Positions 53,864 to 64,000 of a stretch of 64,000 nt of DNA are shown in pieces. Below the pieces are notes generated by a model that ran no database searches, had not been told where the DNA came from, and saw only the letters and a program-made list of their open reading frames with translations. The first letter of the stretch is position 1, and each line of letters begins with the position of its first letter. A program made the position numbers and the translations under genes. The DNA comes from Strigamia acuminata (Eukaryota). The stretch spans positions 6,634,001 to 6,698,000 of the forward strand of contig OX442314.1 in the NCBI GenBank assembly GCA_949358305.1, written 5' to 3'.

Positions 53864-54464
53864 TGAGTGTAAATAAAATATTACTAATATTAGCTAAGCA
53901 CATATAACACTTAAAATAAGATTAAAAAATAAATGTATATTTAATCATGACGAATTGTTAGTTCAACATGCACCAACAAAAATCATTATTTTCAAAGTCA
54001 GAGTGTGTCTCCAGCTCTGTCAGCGCCCAGTCAGAGTTTTTGTGTGCTTTTCTAACTCCCTAACTCTCAATTTTATATTTAATTGGGTAACTTGTGTAAG
54101 TTTGTACTTTTACTTATTGATGTAACCCATTTCATATTATTCGGCAAAAATTGTTGTTATGACTTATACTGCACCTTCTAGAAATAATTCATAAACATTA
54201 ATAGGTTCATTCTACCGTAATTTTTGTCCCTCAGTCCAGCACTGCCTATGGAGTTTGTAAATCGTATTTATAAATTAATCAAAAGCACAAGTTTTGTGAT
54301 TGTGACATAAACGTTGTAAATTGTTTTGAATGCACAAATACGAAAATCGGACCTTTTCTGTTTGCAATAGTCAGTTCGTGAACTTTGTGGCATATTGATA
54401 TGCTTCAAGAGTTCCGGCCTGTGTGTGCGGTGGTCTCTTTAATAGTTATTCTAACTCGTGTAAT

Positions 54465-55060
54465 CGATTTTTGTTGATGTAACTAAGTCTGCCTGTTGAT
54501 TTTACTAACTCTAGTTGATGTTTTTTGTTGATGTAACTAAGTCTTGCTGTTGATTTTACTAACTCTTGTTGATGATTTTACTAACTCTTGTTGTGGATTT
54601 AACTAACTCTTGTTGTTGATTTTACTAACTCTTGTTGTGGATTTAACTAACTCTTGTTGTTGATTTAACTAACTCTTGTTGATGATTTTACTAATCTCTT
54701 GTTGTGGATTTTACTATCTCATGTTATTGATTTTGCTTATTCTTGTTGTTTATTTTATTAACTCTTGTTGTTGATTTTACTAATTCTTGTTGTTGATTTT
54801 ACTAACTCTTGTTGTTGATTTTACTAACTCTTGTTGTGGATTTTACTAATCTCTTGTTGTTGATTTAACTAACTCTTGTTGATGATTTTACTAATCTCTT
54901 GTTGTGGATTTTACTATCTCATGTTATTGATTTTGCTTATTCTTGTTGTTTATTTTATTAACTCTTGTTGTTGATTTTACTAATTCTTGTTGTTGATTTT
55001 ACTAACTCTTGTTGTTGATTTTACTAACTCTTGTTGTTGATTTTAATAAGTCTTGTTGTA
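54465..55060. repeat. Degenerate 21-23-bp minisatellite
   Basis: Repeated TTGTTGTTGATTTTACTAACTC. Confidence 0.88.
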
Positions 55061-55337
55061 GAGTTTAAGGATTAATAATTGGTATCGGTATCAGGATATT
55101 ATTTAAATTAGGGTTTGACCGATATCAAAATTTTACGATAAAATTTCGGCCGATAACGTTACCGATATTTTATGACAATTAATTTTTTTAAGAGAACAGT
55201 TTATTTCAGCAAAAATAAACTGTTTAATTTAAAAAACTATGGTTGTTTAAAAATTAGTTATTCAATTAAATGGATACAAATAAATTCTTTTATCGAATTT
55301 ACAAAATGGTGCAATTTTTAATGGTGAAAAATCAAAT

Positions 55338-55650
55338 AAAATTGTGAAGAATGAATTAAAATTGTAAAGAATGAATTAAAATTGTGAAGAATGAATTAAA
55401 ATTGTGAAGAATGAATTAAAATTATGAAGAATGAATTAAAATTGTAAAGAATGAATTAAAATTGTAAAAAATGAATTAAAATTGTGAAGAATGAATTAAA
55501 ATTGTGAAGAATGAATTAAATTCGTAAAGAATGAATTAAAATTGTGCAGAAGCAATTATAACAGTAAAAAACAAATTAAAACAGTAAAAAACCAATTAAA
55601 ACAGTAAAAAACCAATTAAAACAGTAAAAAACCAATTAAAACAGTAAAAT
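55338..55650. repeat. 20-bp minisatellites
   Basis: Repeated AAAATTGTGAAGAATGAATT, then AAAACAGTAAAAACCAATT. Confidence 0.88.
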
Positions 55651-57237
55651 TAAATCAAAACTCTAGAAAACCTATTAAAATTATGAAAACATCGATTAAA
55701 AAGTCCGATACCGATATTGGCCAAACTCTTATTTAAATCTCTCATGTAATAAGTTTCAAAAAATTCTATTTATAACACAAATTCATACGCCAGAGCAAGA
55801 ATCATTATTGTAAAAGTCAAGTCTATCAGTACCCTTGTGTAGTGTATAGATACAATCCACATTAAAATAAATAACACAGCTGAAACAGTCAAGTTTACGC
55901 TTTACTCGACCTGCATCTATTCCCACCAACTCGGCCTGGACACACTGCGCCATCTGGCGACTAAATACAAGATACACTATACCTGGGTGATTTTTTTGTG
56001 AACTTGGGCTCAGTTTATTAAATGTGCACACATGTATTTTAACGTCCTTGTGTAACTCATTTTAGATTATCGAGCAATGGATTGTTGCTTGAAATAAACA
56101 CTGTACTTTCATACGGCAAAATAAAAAATAACTTGCAAACATTATTATTAATAAATGATACCTGTCACCGGTGCAGGGCTGTCTTCTACACTTTTATCAT
56201 CAAATTTTCCAAACCAAACACTGCCTGGTAAATTATGTAAAACAGACGCAAAATCTGAAAAAAATGTAGAATCAAAGAATAATCATAACAACAAAGTATA
56301 TTTCATGATTTAGACCTGTCACCATATTTAGTATTAGTGTACTACGTCGTCTATCGGATGTGATATAATTTATTTAAAGGCTTCAAAAAGTTAACTTACA
56401 TTTTATTCCCAGTGATTCAGTGTCAAGGATTCGTTTACAGTTGATCCATGTCGACCATGTCTTACGAATTGCGAAGCAGGGGCGACTCCTTTCTGATTAT
56501 CGCCCATCGGACACGATTTGAATAATTTGATAGAATAAAAACATTGAATAACATACTTTTCCAGTGTATTTTTCGCCAGGAAATCGATTTCCACCCGTGT
56601 GTCGACGATCTGAAGTCATCCCAGCAAGATTTGAGCCGTATTTTTGCTCCGTTGATATGATGTATTTGTACGTTGGCGGCCATTTGTGTTTCTGAAGTTT
56701 GTTGACGCCTTTTCTGTAATTATAAATCAAAAACTGTCAGTTAAGATCGAAATCAAATGTTGCCCGTTCATTTAAATAATATTTTATAATTTTTGTACTA
56801 CGAACTGTATTTGAATCGGGCAGCTAAATGTGCCTGTCTTTTTCACGTTGCAATTTAAGGCAGTTTTAGCTACCGAGCGCTCCGATTGGGCGAAACGATC
56901 CACGACAGTAATGATTGTGCTAACGCATTTTAAGGGTTTTTGAGGCCCTGGATTACAATTTCAACATTATTTTCGTTTTTAACGTGTCTCTCTGCCCAAG
57001 TGAAGTAATTTTATTGTTATTTATTTTGTCGGACCTTACTCTGTGTACGGAAGCTAACGTGGAACATTTTGCTTTATTTTTGCGGCTAAAATCTAATTTT
57101 AGTCCAAAAAATTGATTGTCAAACCAAAATACTGTAGACTGTTGGGGATAGAACTGTTTTTATTTCTTTGCTGAATTAGTTTTGCTAATAAAAAAACTTA
57201 AAAATAAAAATCGAATTAATTAAAAAAAAGAAGCAAT

Positions 57238-57309
57238 TAGCAGAGGATGGTTTCGATCCATCGGCCTCTGGGTTATGGGCCCAGCACGCTTCCACTGCGC
57301 CACTCTGCT
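57238..57309 (-). tRNA. tRNA-iMet-CAT: Initiator tRNA-Met (CAT)
   Basis: AGCAGAGTGGCGCAGTGGAAGCGTGCTGGGCCCATAACCCAGAGGCCGATGGATCGAAACCATCCTCTGCTA. It has the A1:U72 pair, GGG/CCC anticodon stem and the GATCGAAAC T-loop of eukaryotic initiators, followed by a T8 Pol III terminator (57222-57229). Confidence 0.97.
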
Positions 57310-57961
57310 GGTGGTCAAGAAGTGTAGGAGAAAACACACTCATTGCTGATAGTTTAAGTTGAATTTACAATCTAGTCAATGTTACCTTGTCGCACAATTA
57401 TCAATAATTTGGGCCCCTTCTACAGTTGATTCTGGCATGATGCGCAGTGTTGGACGGTTTGGTTGCTAAAAGTGCGTTTTTGGCCTAAAAAGTGCACTTT
57501 TAGTTGAATAAAAATGTTTTTTGGGCCTAAACAGTGCATTTTTGGTGCTGGACAAATTACCCTCACCTCGCAAGGCTTCGGCCAATCAGAGCGCTGGGCC
57601 ACCAAAACGGCCTTAAAATACATCGTATAAGAAAAGAGAAATTTAAATATATAATCCAATTAGGCCTATATAAATTGGAAAATATTATTTACATATATGC
57701 GGCGATATTGGCTTCCAATTTAAACTAACAGTTATTGATTTGTAATTATAGAAATGACATCAATGATTCGCAGAAAGACAGTAATGGCTGCCAATGTACA
57801 AAGAAACACATCATCTCAACGGACCAAGCATGACTCAAATCTCGCTAGGATGCCTTTATATCGCCATAATACCGGTGCTATCGATTCCCAGGCATAAAAT
57901 ACACCAGAAACGAGTGTGATTCGATTTTTTGATCTCCTCAAATTCTAATCCAGTACGATAG

Positions 57962-58411
57962 ACAAGCGACTAAATCCTGACATCCACCTCGCTCTTGATT
58001 GGTCCATATTTTGATTGTTGTGTTCCAAATTCCACCATCGCGCGATCACCGGCACTGTTCATTGTTGGGAGCGCTGGCGAATAACCCATCACCTTGCTGA
58101 CTTAATGATAATGACGGGTATTTTTTTTTATTATTTCTTAACAAGGGTGGGCTAGCGCCCCCCCCTTGACCCCCCCCCCCCCCCCCCCGCAAACCTCACC
58201 TTAACTGGTTTTATTAAAGTTAAGGGAATTGGGCATTTATTGACTCGTGATAAGTATGGGAAAAATTGTGATTGTTGCTCCCAACAATGAAAATTTGACG
58301 ATTCGCCCGTAAAGTGTAAAGCAGTAATCACAACGCGCCATTTTGAAACACAACAATCCAAATATTAGGACCAATCAAGAGCGAGGTGGATGTCAGGATT
58401 TAGTCGCTTGT
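57962..58411. mobile_element. Mutator-type MITE
   Basis: Perfect ~44-bp TIR ACAAGCGACTAAATCCTGACATCCACCTCGCTCTTGATTGGTCC and perfect 9-bp TSD GTACGATAG. The empty site is in the repeat copy at ~21920. Confidence 0.9.
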
Positions 58412-58868
58412 GTACGATAGGTGACGATAAGAAAACAATCGTGGAACATGGCCTGAAACCGAACAAAGAAATCTCTGATCTCCAAACCAACGACAGTAAG
58501 TGATTTCCTTCTCACTAAATGAACTTATTAATGCTTTTAAATTATTTTTTATTCTGCCATATAAAAGTACGGTGGTCATTTGAAATTTATTCTAACAACA
58601 AACGAAAAAAGACCGATTTTAATTTTCGTGCATTAAAATCAACGTAAGACGTCTTCGACGCAAAACATGTGTTTAATTCAATTCTAAATATAATATACAG
58701 TAATTTGAAATGGATATACAAGTAGATTATAAGATTAAAACATTTAATAAACTGTGTAAAATTGGTTGCCATATTGAAAAAGTGTGTTTGGATTGCACTT
58801 CAACTTGTTTTGTTTAAATTGTATGTGCATGCCCACTTCAACTAAATGTTACATCGAGACCAATTAAA

Positions 58869-59068
58869 NNNNNNNNNNNNNNNNNNNNNNNNNNNNNNNN
58901 NNNNNNNNNNNNNNNNNNNNNNNNNNNNNNNNNNNNNNNNNNNNNNNNNNNNNNNNNNNNNNNNNNNNNNNNNNNNNNNNNNNNNNNNNNNNNNNNNNNN
59001 NNNNNNNNNNNNNNNNNNNNNNNNNNNNNNNNNNNNNNNNNNNNNNNNNNNNNNNNNNNNNNNNNNNN
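58869..59068. other. Assembly gap (200 N)
   Basis: Run of N. Both flanks carry TCGAGACCAATTAAA. Confidence 0.99.
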
Positions 59069-59101
59069 TCGAGACCAATTAAAATTAATATTGTTTAAAT
59101 C

Positions 59102-59360
59102 TGCATTTAAGGATTAAAAATGTGCATTTAAGGATTAAAAATGTGCCTTTAAGGATTAAAAATGTGCCTTTAATGATTAAAAATGTGCATTTAAGGATTA
59201 AAAATGTGCATTTAAGGATTAAAGATATGCATTTAAGGATTAAAAATGTTCATTTAAGGATTAAAAATGTGCATTTAAGGATTAAAAATGTGCATTTAAG
59301 GATTAAAAATGTGCATTTAAGAATTAAAAATTTGCATTTAAGGATTCAAAATGTACATTT
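59102..59360. repeat. 21-bp minisatellite, about 12 copies
   Basis: Repeated TGCATTTAAGGATTAAAAATG. Confidence 0.9.
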
Positions 59361-59767
59361 TTATATGATAAAACGCATTTTGTATGTGTACCGTGGCACT
59401 CCAATTAAAGTGAAAAATTATTTTCACCCACAAATTAATTGAAAAATTACTCAAATCTATTTAATTGCACACTATTTATTTACCCACTATATTTATTTAT
59501 TTAAACACTTTTTTCCTTGATGTTTCCACCAAATATTAAATATCCCCGGTTTTATGTTTGTAACGCCAGTGTTGCCTTTGGCATACCTCGTTGGAACATT
59601 CTTGGCCTCGGGTGGCACTACCAGAAAGCCCTCTTTTATGGCTATTCCAAGAGTATGCTTGCAACCATATGTTTTATAGAATGTTGAGCAAGTACAAGTG
59701 GCTTCATCCCATTTGTCCCCAGTTATGGTTACAAACCGGAGACGAGTGTACGTTTGTCGGTAGGTAT

Positions 59768-62700
59768 TGTTGAGGATGTCGACGAGAAATAATGCAGTTT
59801 AATTGTTTAAACTAAATAAAGACGGTTTATTAGACCTGCGACTTGACTTGTTCGCAAGGTCAAACTTCAAAAAGCAATAATACACACTACGTCAATAGGC
59901 AGTACAAATCTTTATGCCATCTGACGTGCAAGAACGAATCACAATGTTATAAACAAAAACACACTAGTATGTTCACTGCAAAATATCTACTCAACATCTC
60001 CTCCGATGTTTTGGAGTGAACATTCATGTTACAAATACATTCTTTTTATCTGTACTAACAATTAAATTATTTAATCAATTATTCAATAACTTGAGATCTT
60101 CCAAGCATTTCTGAAGTTTTGGTCCGGTTAAAGCCTTCGTCAGGAAATCTGCTTGCATGCGTTCGCTCGCGATATGTTTAACCTTTATCCCGTTTCTTTG
60201 TAACTCCTCCTTAGTGAAGTGAAAACGTCTGTTCATCAACTTAGTACGCATTCGTTGCGTGGCTCCTTCCAATATCTGTATCGCACCGGAGTTATCATTA
60301 TAAATAACTTTGTTTTGCGTGTCCATTGTTTTTCCGCACAATTCTAATAAAAGGAACTCAGTCCAGATTAATTCTTGGAGTGCTTCAGCTATTGCATTGA
60401 GCTCGCTTTCGGTTGCGGAGAGCGCAACAGTCCTTTGCTTGGTGCTTTTCCAGTTTAAAAGGCTGTCACCGTGTTTAATTACATATCCAGTGAAGGATTT
60501 CGCATCTGAACTGGTGTCCCACGATGCGTCAGCGTAGCAATGTACCTCTCCGACCTTCTTGCGATAGAATAATCCTTGATCTGCTGTTCCTTTGATGTAT
60601 CGGAAAACTCTTTTTATGGCTTGTAAATGCATGGCTCGCGGATCTTTGTTGTACTGTGACAACGCGCTCACAGCGTAGCTAACGTCAGGGCGGGTCCCAG
60701 TTGCGAGATACATCATGGATCCTACCATTTCCTGGTAGAATCGCGCGTCGACTTTGGGACTATCTTCATAAATATCCAAGTTTTGGTTCGGATCAAGTGG
60801 GGTAACCGCCGCATTACAGTCAGTTAATCCATACTTCTGCAATATTTTTCTGATATACTTGTGTTGTGAGAGAAATATTCCTTCTTTGCTTTGATTTACC
60901 TCCAAACCAAGTATGAAAGTAAGTTCTCCGAGATGTACAAGTTCAATTTTCTTGGACAGCTGTGCCATGACTTGTTTTTTGAACTCGGGGGTTGAACTTA
61001 GGGTGACTGTGTCATCCACGTATAGCCCTAAATAGATAAAATCCTTGTTTTTTCTCAAAAGAAATAAGCACGGGTCACATAGTGACTGCTTGAACCCCAA
61101 TTTTAAGAGTTCCTTTCGCATCTTTTTGAACCAGCAGCGCCCACTTTGCTTAAGACCGTAGATACTCTTTAATAAATGGCAAACTTTCCCTTTTTCATTG
61201 GTTGTGTATCCTTGTGGTGCAAGCATATAAATTGTCTCTTCGAGTTTTCCATGAAGATACGCTGTCTTCACGTCATCTTGCTCAATTTCTATGCCCATTT
61301 TGGCTCCAATATTGATTAGCATGCGCAAAGTCTCCATCCGTATGACGGGTGCGTAGGTTTCATGGTAATCTGTTCCTGGCCTTTGCGCATAACCAGCGGC
61401 TACGAGTCGGGCTTTATATAGCGGGTTTTTACCATGTTTGTCGGTTTTTACGCGATATACCCATATCGATTTAATGGGCTTTGCTCCCTTTGGTAAATCA
61501 ACTTCTTCCCATACTTCGTGCTTCGCCATGGATCCCATTTCCTCATTCATAGCTTGCTCCCATTGAGCACGTTGAGGCGAACTCATGGCTTCTTTGTAAG
61601 ATGAGGGAACAATGATTTCTGCTCTATAAGCCGTATGCTGGGGTTTTGGTCCTTTGTAGTCCTTTTTCCTTTTCGAGCGTCTCAACCCTGGCGTGGTTGC
61701 GGGGTTTGGTTCCGACAATTTTCGTTTTCTTTCTTCTTCCGCCCTTTTAGAACGACGTAATCCGGATGGGCCCGCTTGATTTTCAGAAATTGTCTGTTTC
61801 CGTTGTTGCAAAACCTCCTTTGTCGTTCCTTTTGGACGACCCCGTTTAGGTTTTTGTGACATCTCTTCTGCCGGTGTTGACGACGATTCTGACTCCTCGT
61901 AATCCTCCAACTCTGATTCATCTTGTTCTTGCTCTTCAGAGCTCGAGGCGAAGAAGTCCGGCGCCGACCCAAAAGACTCGTCGTCACCATTCTCATCGTC
62001 TGTCTCTTGATATGCTGGGACATGTTGTTTGTGTTCAAGTGGAGGTCCAATATTTAATTCGACTCCATCTTCCTCTTTATTGCGTAACAATAATCCAAAC
62101 CCTAATTTGTCTTCTTCAAATCGTACATCACGTACCTCCATGATGCGTTCCTTTTCAGGTATAAATATTCGATAAGCTTTTCGATTTATCGAATATCCGA
62201 CAAAAATTCCCTTTTGTGTTTTTGAACCCAACTTTGTTTGTTGAAACTTTGGTTTTAGCACATGTGCAACGCATCCAAAGCGCCTCAAATGATCAACCGA
62301 TGGCTTTCGGTTGGTCCATTTCTCTTCTGGAGATAATCCATGTACAGAAGTCATACAATGATTTCGCGCATGAACGGCCGCATGCACAGCTTCACCCCAA
62401 AACTTTTTGGGTAATTGTGATGCAATCAGCATTGTCCTGGCCGCCTCCATAATGGTGCGGTTTGCACGTTCAGATATGCCGTTAGACTGGGCTGCATATG
62501 CCGTGGTGAATTCGTGCTTAATACCTTTCATTTTAAAGAATGCGGCTAGCGATGATGCGATAAATTCGCCCCCGTTATCGCTTCGTACCCGTTTTAAACG
62601 CAATCCCGTTTGTACTTCTTGTTGAGTAACAAAACTTTGAAATACCTCGGAAGTTTGTCCTTTCGTTTGCAAAATCTTCACGAAAATCTTACGGCTAGTA

Positions 62701-64000
62701 TCGTCAACGATGGTCAACACATAACTTCCATCCGAATATGTTGGCGGATTAATTGCCTCAACCAAGTCCAGGTGCAGCAATTCTAAAATTCGTGACGATT
62801 GCTTTCCTTGCACAGCCGTAAATGGCTTGGTGGTTGTTTTTCCCTTAATACACGCCTCGCATGTGTTGGGAATTTCGAATTTCATATTTAGTCCCCTGAC
62901 AATGCTTTGTTTCGACATCTGCATCAATGTCTTGAAATTGACGTGTGCCAAACGCTGGTGCCAATTGTCTTGTGTGACAACGTTTGCCTGTTCCGCATGC
63001 TTGCGACCTTCTTTCAATACGAAACAGTCCCCCTTACGGTTGGCTTCCATCACTACTTCATTTTTGTCAGTGAGTATCAATGCCTTTTGTTTTGTAAACA
63101 GTACCTGGCAGCCGCTATCTACTATCTTCGGGACAGACAGCAAATGTGTCTTCAATTTAGGCACGTACAAAACATTTTTCAGTTTGATGCCCGCACGTTC
63201 AGTCCGTATCTCCATATTGCCTTTGCCATCAGCTTGTAATTTATTCCCGATGCCTGCGGTGCTAATCTGCTGGATCCCTTCGTCAAATTGCCGGAACTTG
63301 CTTCTGTCCGACGTCATGTGGCTGGACGCGCCGGAATCTAACAGCCATTCAAATGAGATATTTGTCGTCTCAATTTCTTCTTTCTGAGCGACATGAAAAA
63401 CGAAATGAAATTCTGGCTCGTCCGTGGCGACAGCAACTGTTTCCTTTTTAACGCTGCCTCGCCCTCGTCCGCCTTGCTTTGACTTCGTGTCGTCACTGCG
63501 ATTCTTCTCGCTTTTCGGTCGCCAACAATCACGGGCATAGTGGCCTGGTTTGTCACAATTAAAACATTTAAAGTTTTCCTTTTTCTTGGCTTTGTATGCA
63601 CTTTCGGATGCATTTTCTCTACCGCCATCATGATTATTTCTGCGTAATTCGCGTTCTTCGTGCTTGAGTTGTGCACGGACCTCGTCCAATGTTAACGTCT
63701 TATTCGCACTCAACGCTTTCTTAGTTACGTTGTATTCTGTTTTCAGCCCGTGCAATATGTACGACGACATTTCTCGATCACTAAGAATCTTGCCCAACTC
63801 AGCGCTTTTGTTTGCTATCGCCTCTGCCCGATCCATATAAGTGTCGATATCCTCCGACTTCATCATTCGCAATTGCGCCAACTCGAACGTGCAATCAATT
63901 TTTTGGTCCTCTATGCGACCGGCCATGTGGGTTTCTATCTTTTTCCATAGCTCTTTTGCGATTTCCTCGCGACTGTATCGCATGGCTTGCTGCGTCGAAA
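59768..64000 (-). mobile_element. Ty1/copia retrotransposon, 3' LTR 59768-59996, 5' part beyond the window
   Basis: LTR TGTTGAG...CTCAACA with PPT GGAGGAGA (59997-60004) and an open gag-pol ORF. Confidence 0.93.
60075..63983 (-). CDS. Copia Gag-Pol polyprotein (5' truncated by the window edge)
   Basis: Uninterrupted 1302 aa with CFNCDKPGHYARDC, WLLDSGASSH, HLDL/RSDNGGEF/ERANR, YVDD and YADASW...ADFLTK in the copia order PR-IN-RT-RH. Confidence 0.95.
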   Translation of the reverse strand: MRYSREEIAKELWKKIETHMAGRIEDQKIDCTFELAQLRMMKSEDIDTYMDRAEAIANKSAELGKILSDREMSSYILHGLKTEYNVTKKALSANKTLTLDEVRAQLKHEERELRRNNHDGGRENASESAYKAKKKENFKCFNCDKPGHYARDCWRPKSEKNRSDDTKSKQGGRGRGSVKKETVAVATDEPEFHFVFHVAQKEEIETTNISFEWLLDSGASSHMTSDRSKFRQFDEGIQQISTAGIGNKLQADGKGNMEIRTERAGIKLKNVLYVPKLKTHLLSVPKIVDSGCQVLFTKQKALILTDKNEVVMEANRKGDCFVLKEGRKHAEQANVVTQDNWHQRLAHVNFKTLMQMSKQSIVRGLNMKFEIPNTCEACIKGKTTTKPFTAVQGKQSSRILELLHLDLVEAINPPTYSDGSYVLTIVDDTSRKIFVKILQTKGQTSEVFQSFVTQQEVQTGLRLKRVRSDNGGEFIASSLAAFFKMKGIKHEFTTAYAAQSNGISERANRTIMEAARTMLIASQLPKKFWGEAVHAAVHARNHCMTSVHGLSPEEKWTNRKPSVDHLRRFGCVAHVLKPKFQQTKLGSKTQKGIFVGYSINRKAYRIFIPEKERIMEVRDVRFEEDKLGFGLLLRNKEEDGVELNIGPPLEHKQHVPAYQETDDENGDDESFGSAPDFFASSSEEQEQDESELEDYEESESSSTPAEEMSQKPKRGRPKGTTKEVLQQRKQTISENQAGPSGLRRSKRAEEERKRKLSEPNPATTPGLRRSKRKKDYKGPKPQHTAYRAEIIVPSSYKEAMSSPQRAQWEQAMNEEMGSMAKHEVWEEVDLPKGAKPIKSIWVYRVKTDKHGKNPLYKARLVAAGYAQRPGTDYHETYAPVIRMETLRMLINIGAKMGIEIEQDDVKTAYLHGKLEETIYMLAPQGYTTNEKGKVCHLLKSIYGLKQSGRCWFKKMRKELLKLGFKQSLCDPCLFLLRKNKDFIYLGLYVDDTVTLSSTPEFKKQVMAQLSKKIELVHLGELTFILGLEVNQSKEGIFLSQHKYIRKILQKYGLTDCNAAVTPLDPNQNLDIYEDSPKVDARFYQEMVGSMMYLATGTRPDVSYAVSALSQYNKDPRAMHLQAIKRVFRYIKGTADQGLFYRKKVGEVHCYADASWDTSSDAKSFTGYVIKHGDSLLNWKSTKQRTVALSATESELNAIAEALQELIWTEFLLLELCGKTMDTQNKVIYNDNSGAIQILEGATQRMRTKLMNRRFHFTKEELQRNGIKVKHIASERMQADFLTKALTGPKLQKCLEDLKLLNN

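Noticed and set aside
58854..59083. 15-bp direct repeat flanking the N run
   Set aside because: Most likely overlapping contig ends at a scaffolding gap, not a biological duplication.

Overview
AT-rich, transposon-dense eukaryotic DNA with GT-AG introns, most likely from an invertebrate animal. The host content is a cluster of four paralogous DEG/ENaC (ASIC/pickpocket-superfamily) ion-channel genes: A (2655-5416, -, disrupted and running off the left edge), B (23271-26871, -, intact), C (35080-40137, -, pseudogene) and D (48146-53863, +, intact). B, C and D each encode two channel subunits fused head-to-tail in one polypeptide (TM1-ECD-TM2-linker-TM1'-ECD'-TM2', about 790-800 aa in B and D). 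The fusion junction lies inside one continuous exon, and the two halves carry five introns each at equivalent positions and phases. This is the main candidate for an undescribed system, because DEG/ENaC channels are trimers. The window also holds an initiator tRNA-Met gene (57238-57309, -) and three Ty1/copia elements: one defective, one gag-protease-only and primed by the 5' half of tRNA-iMet, and one with an open gag-pol ORF running off the right edge. The remainder includes a copia remnant, a Ty3/gypsy 3' end, many solo LTRs with 4-bp TSDs, hAT-, Mutator-, piggyBac- and AT-TSD MITEs, several minisatellites and a 200-N assembly gap. All exon boundaries were read by eye and have no transcript support.
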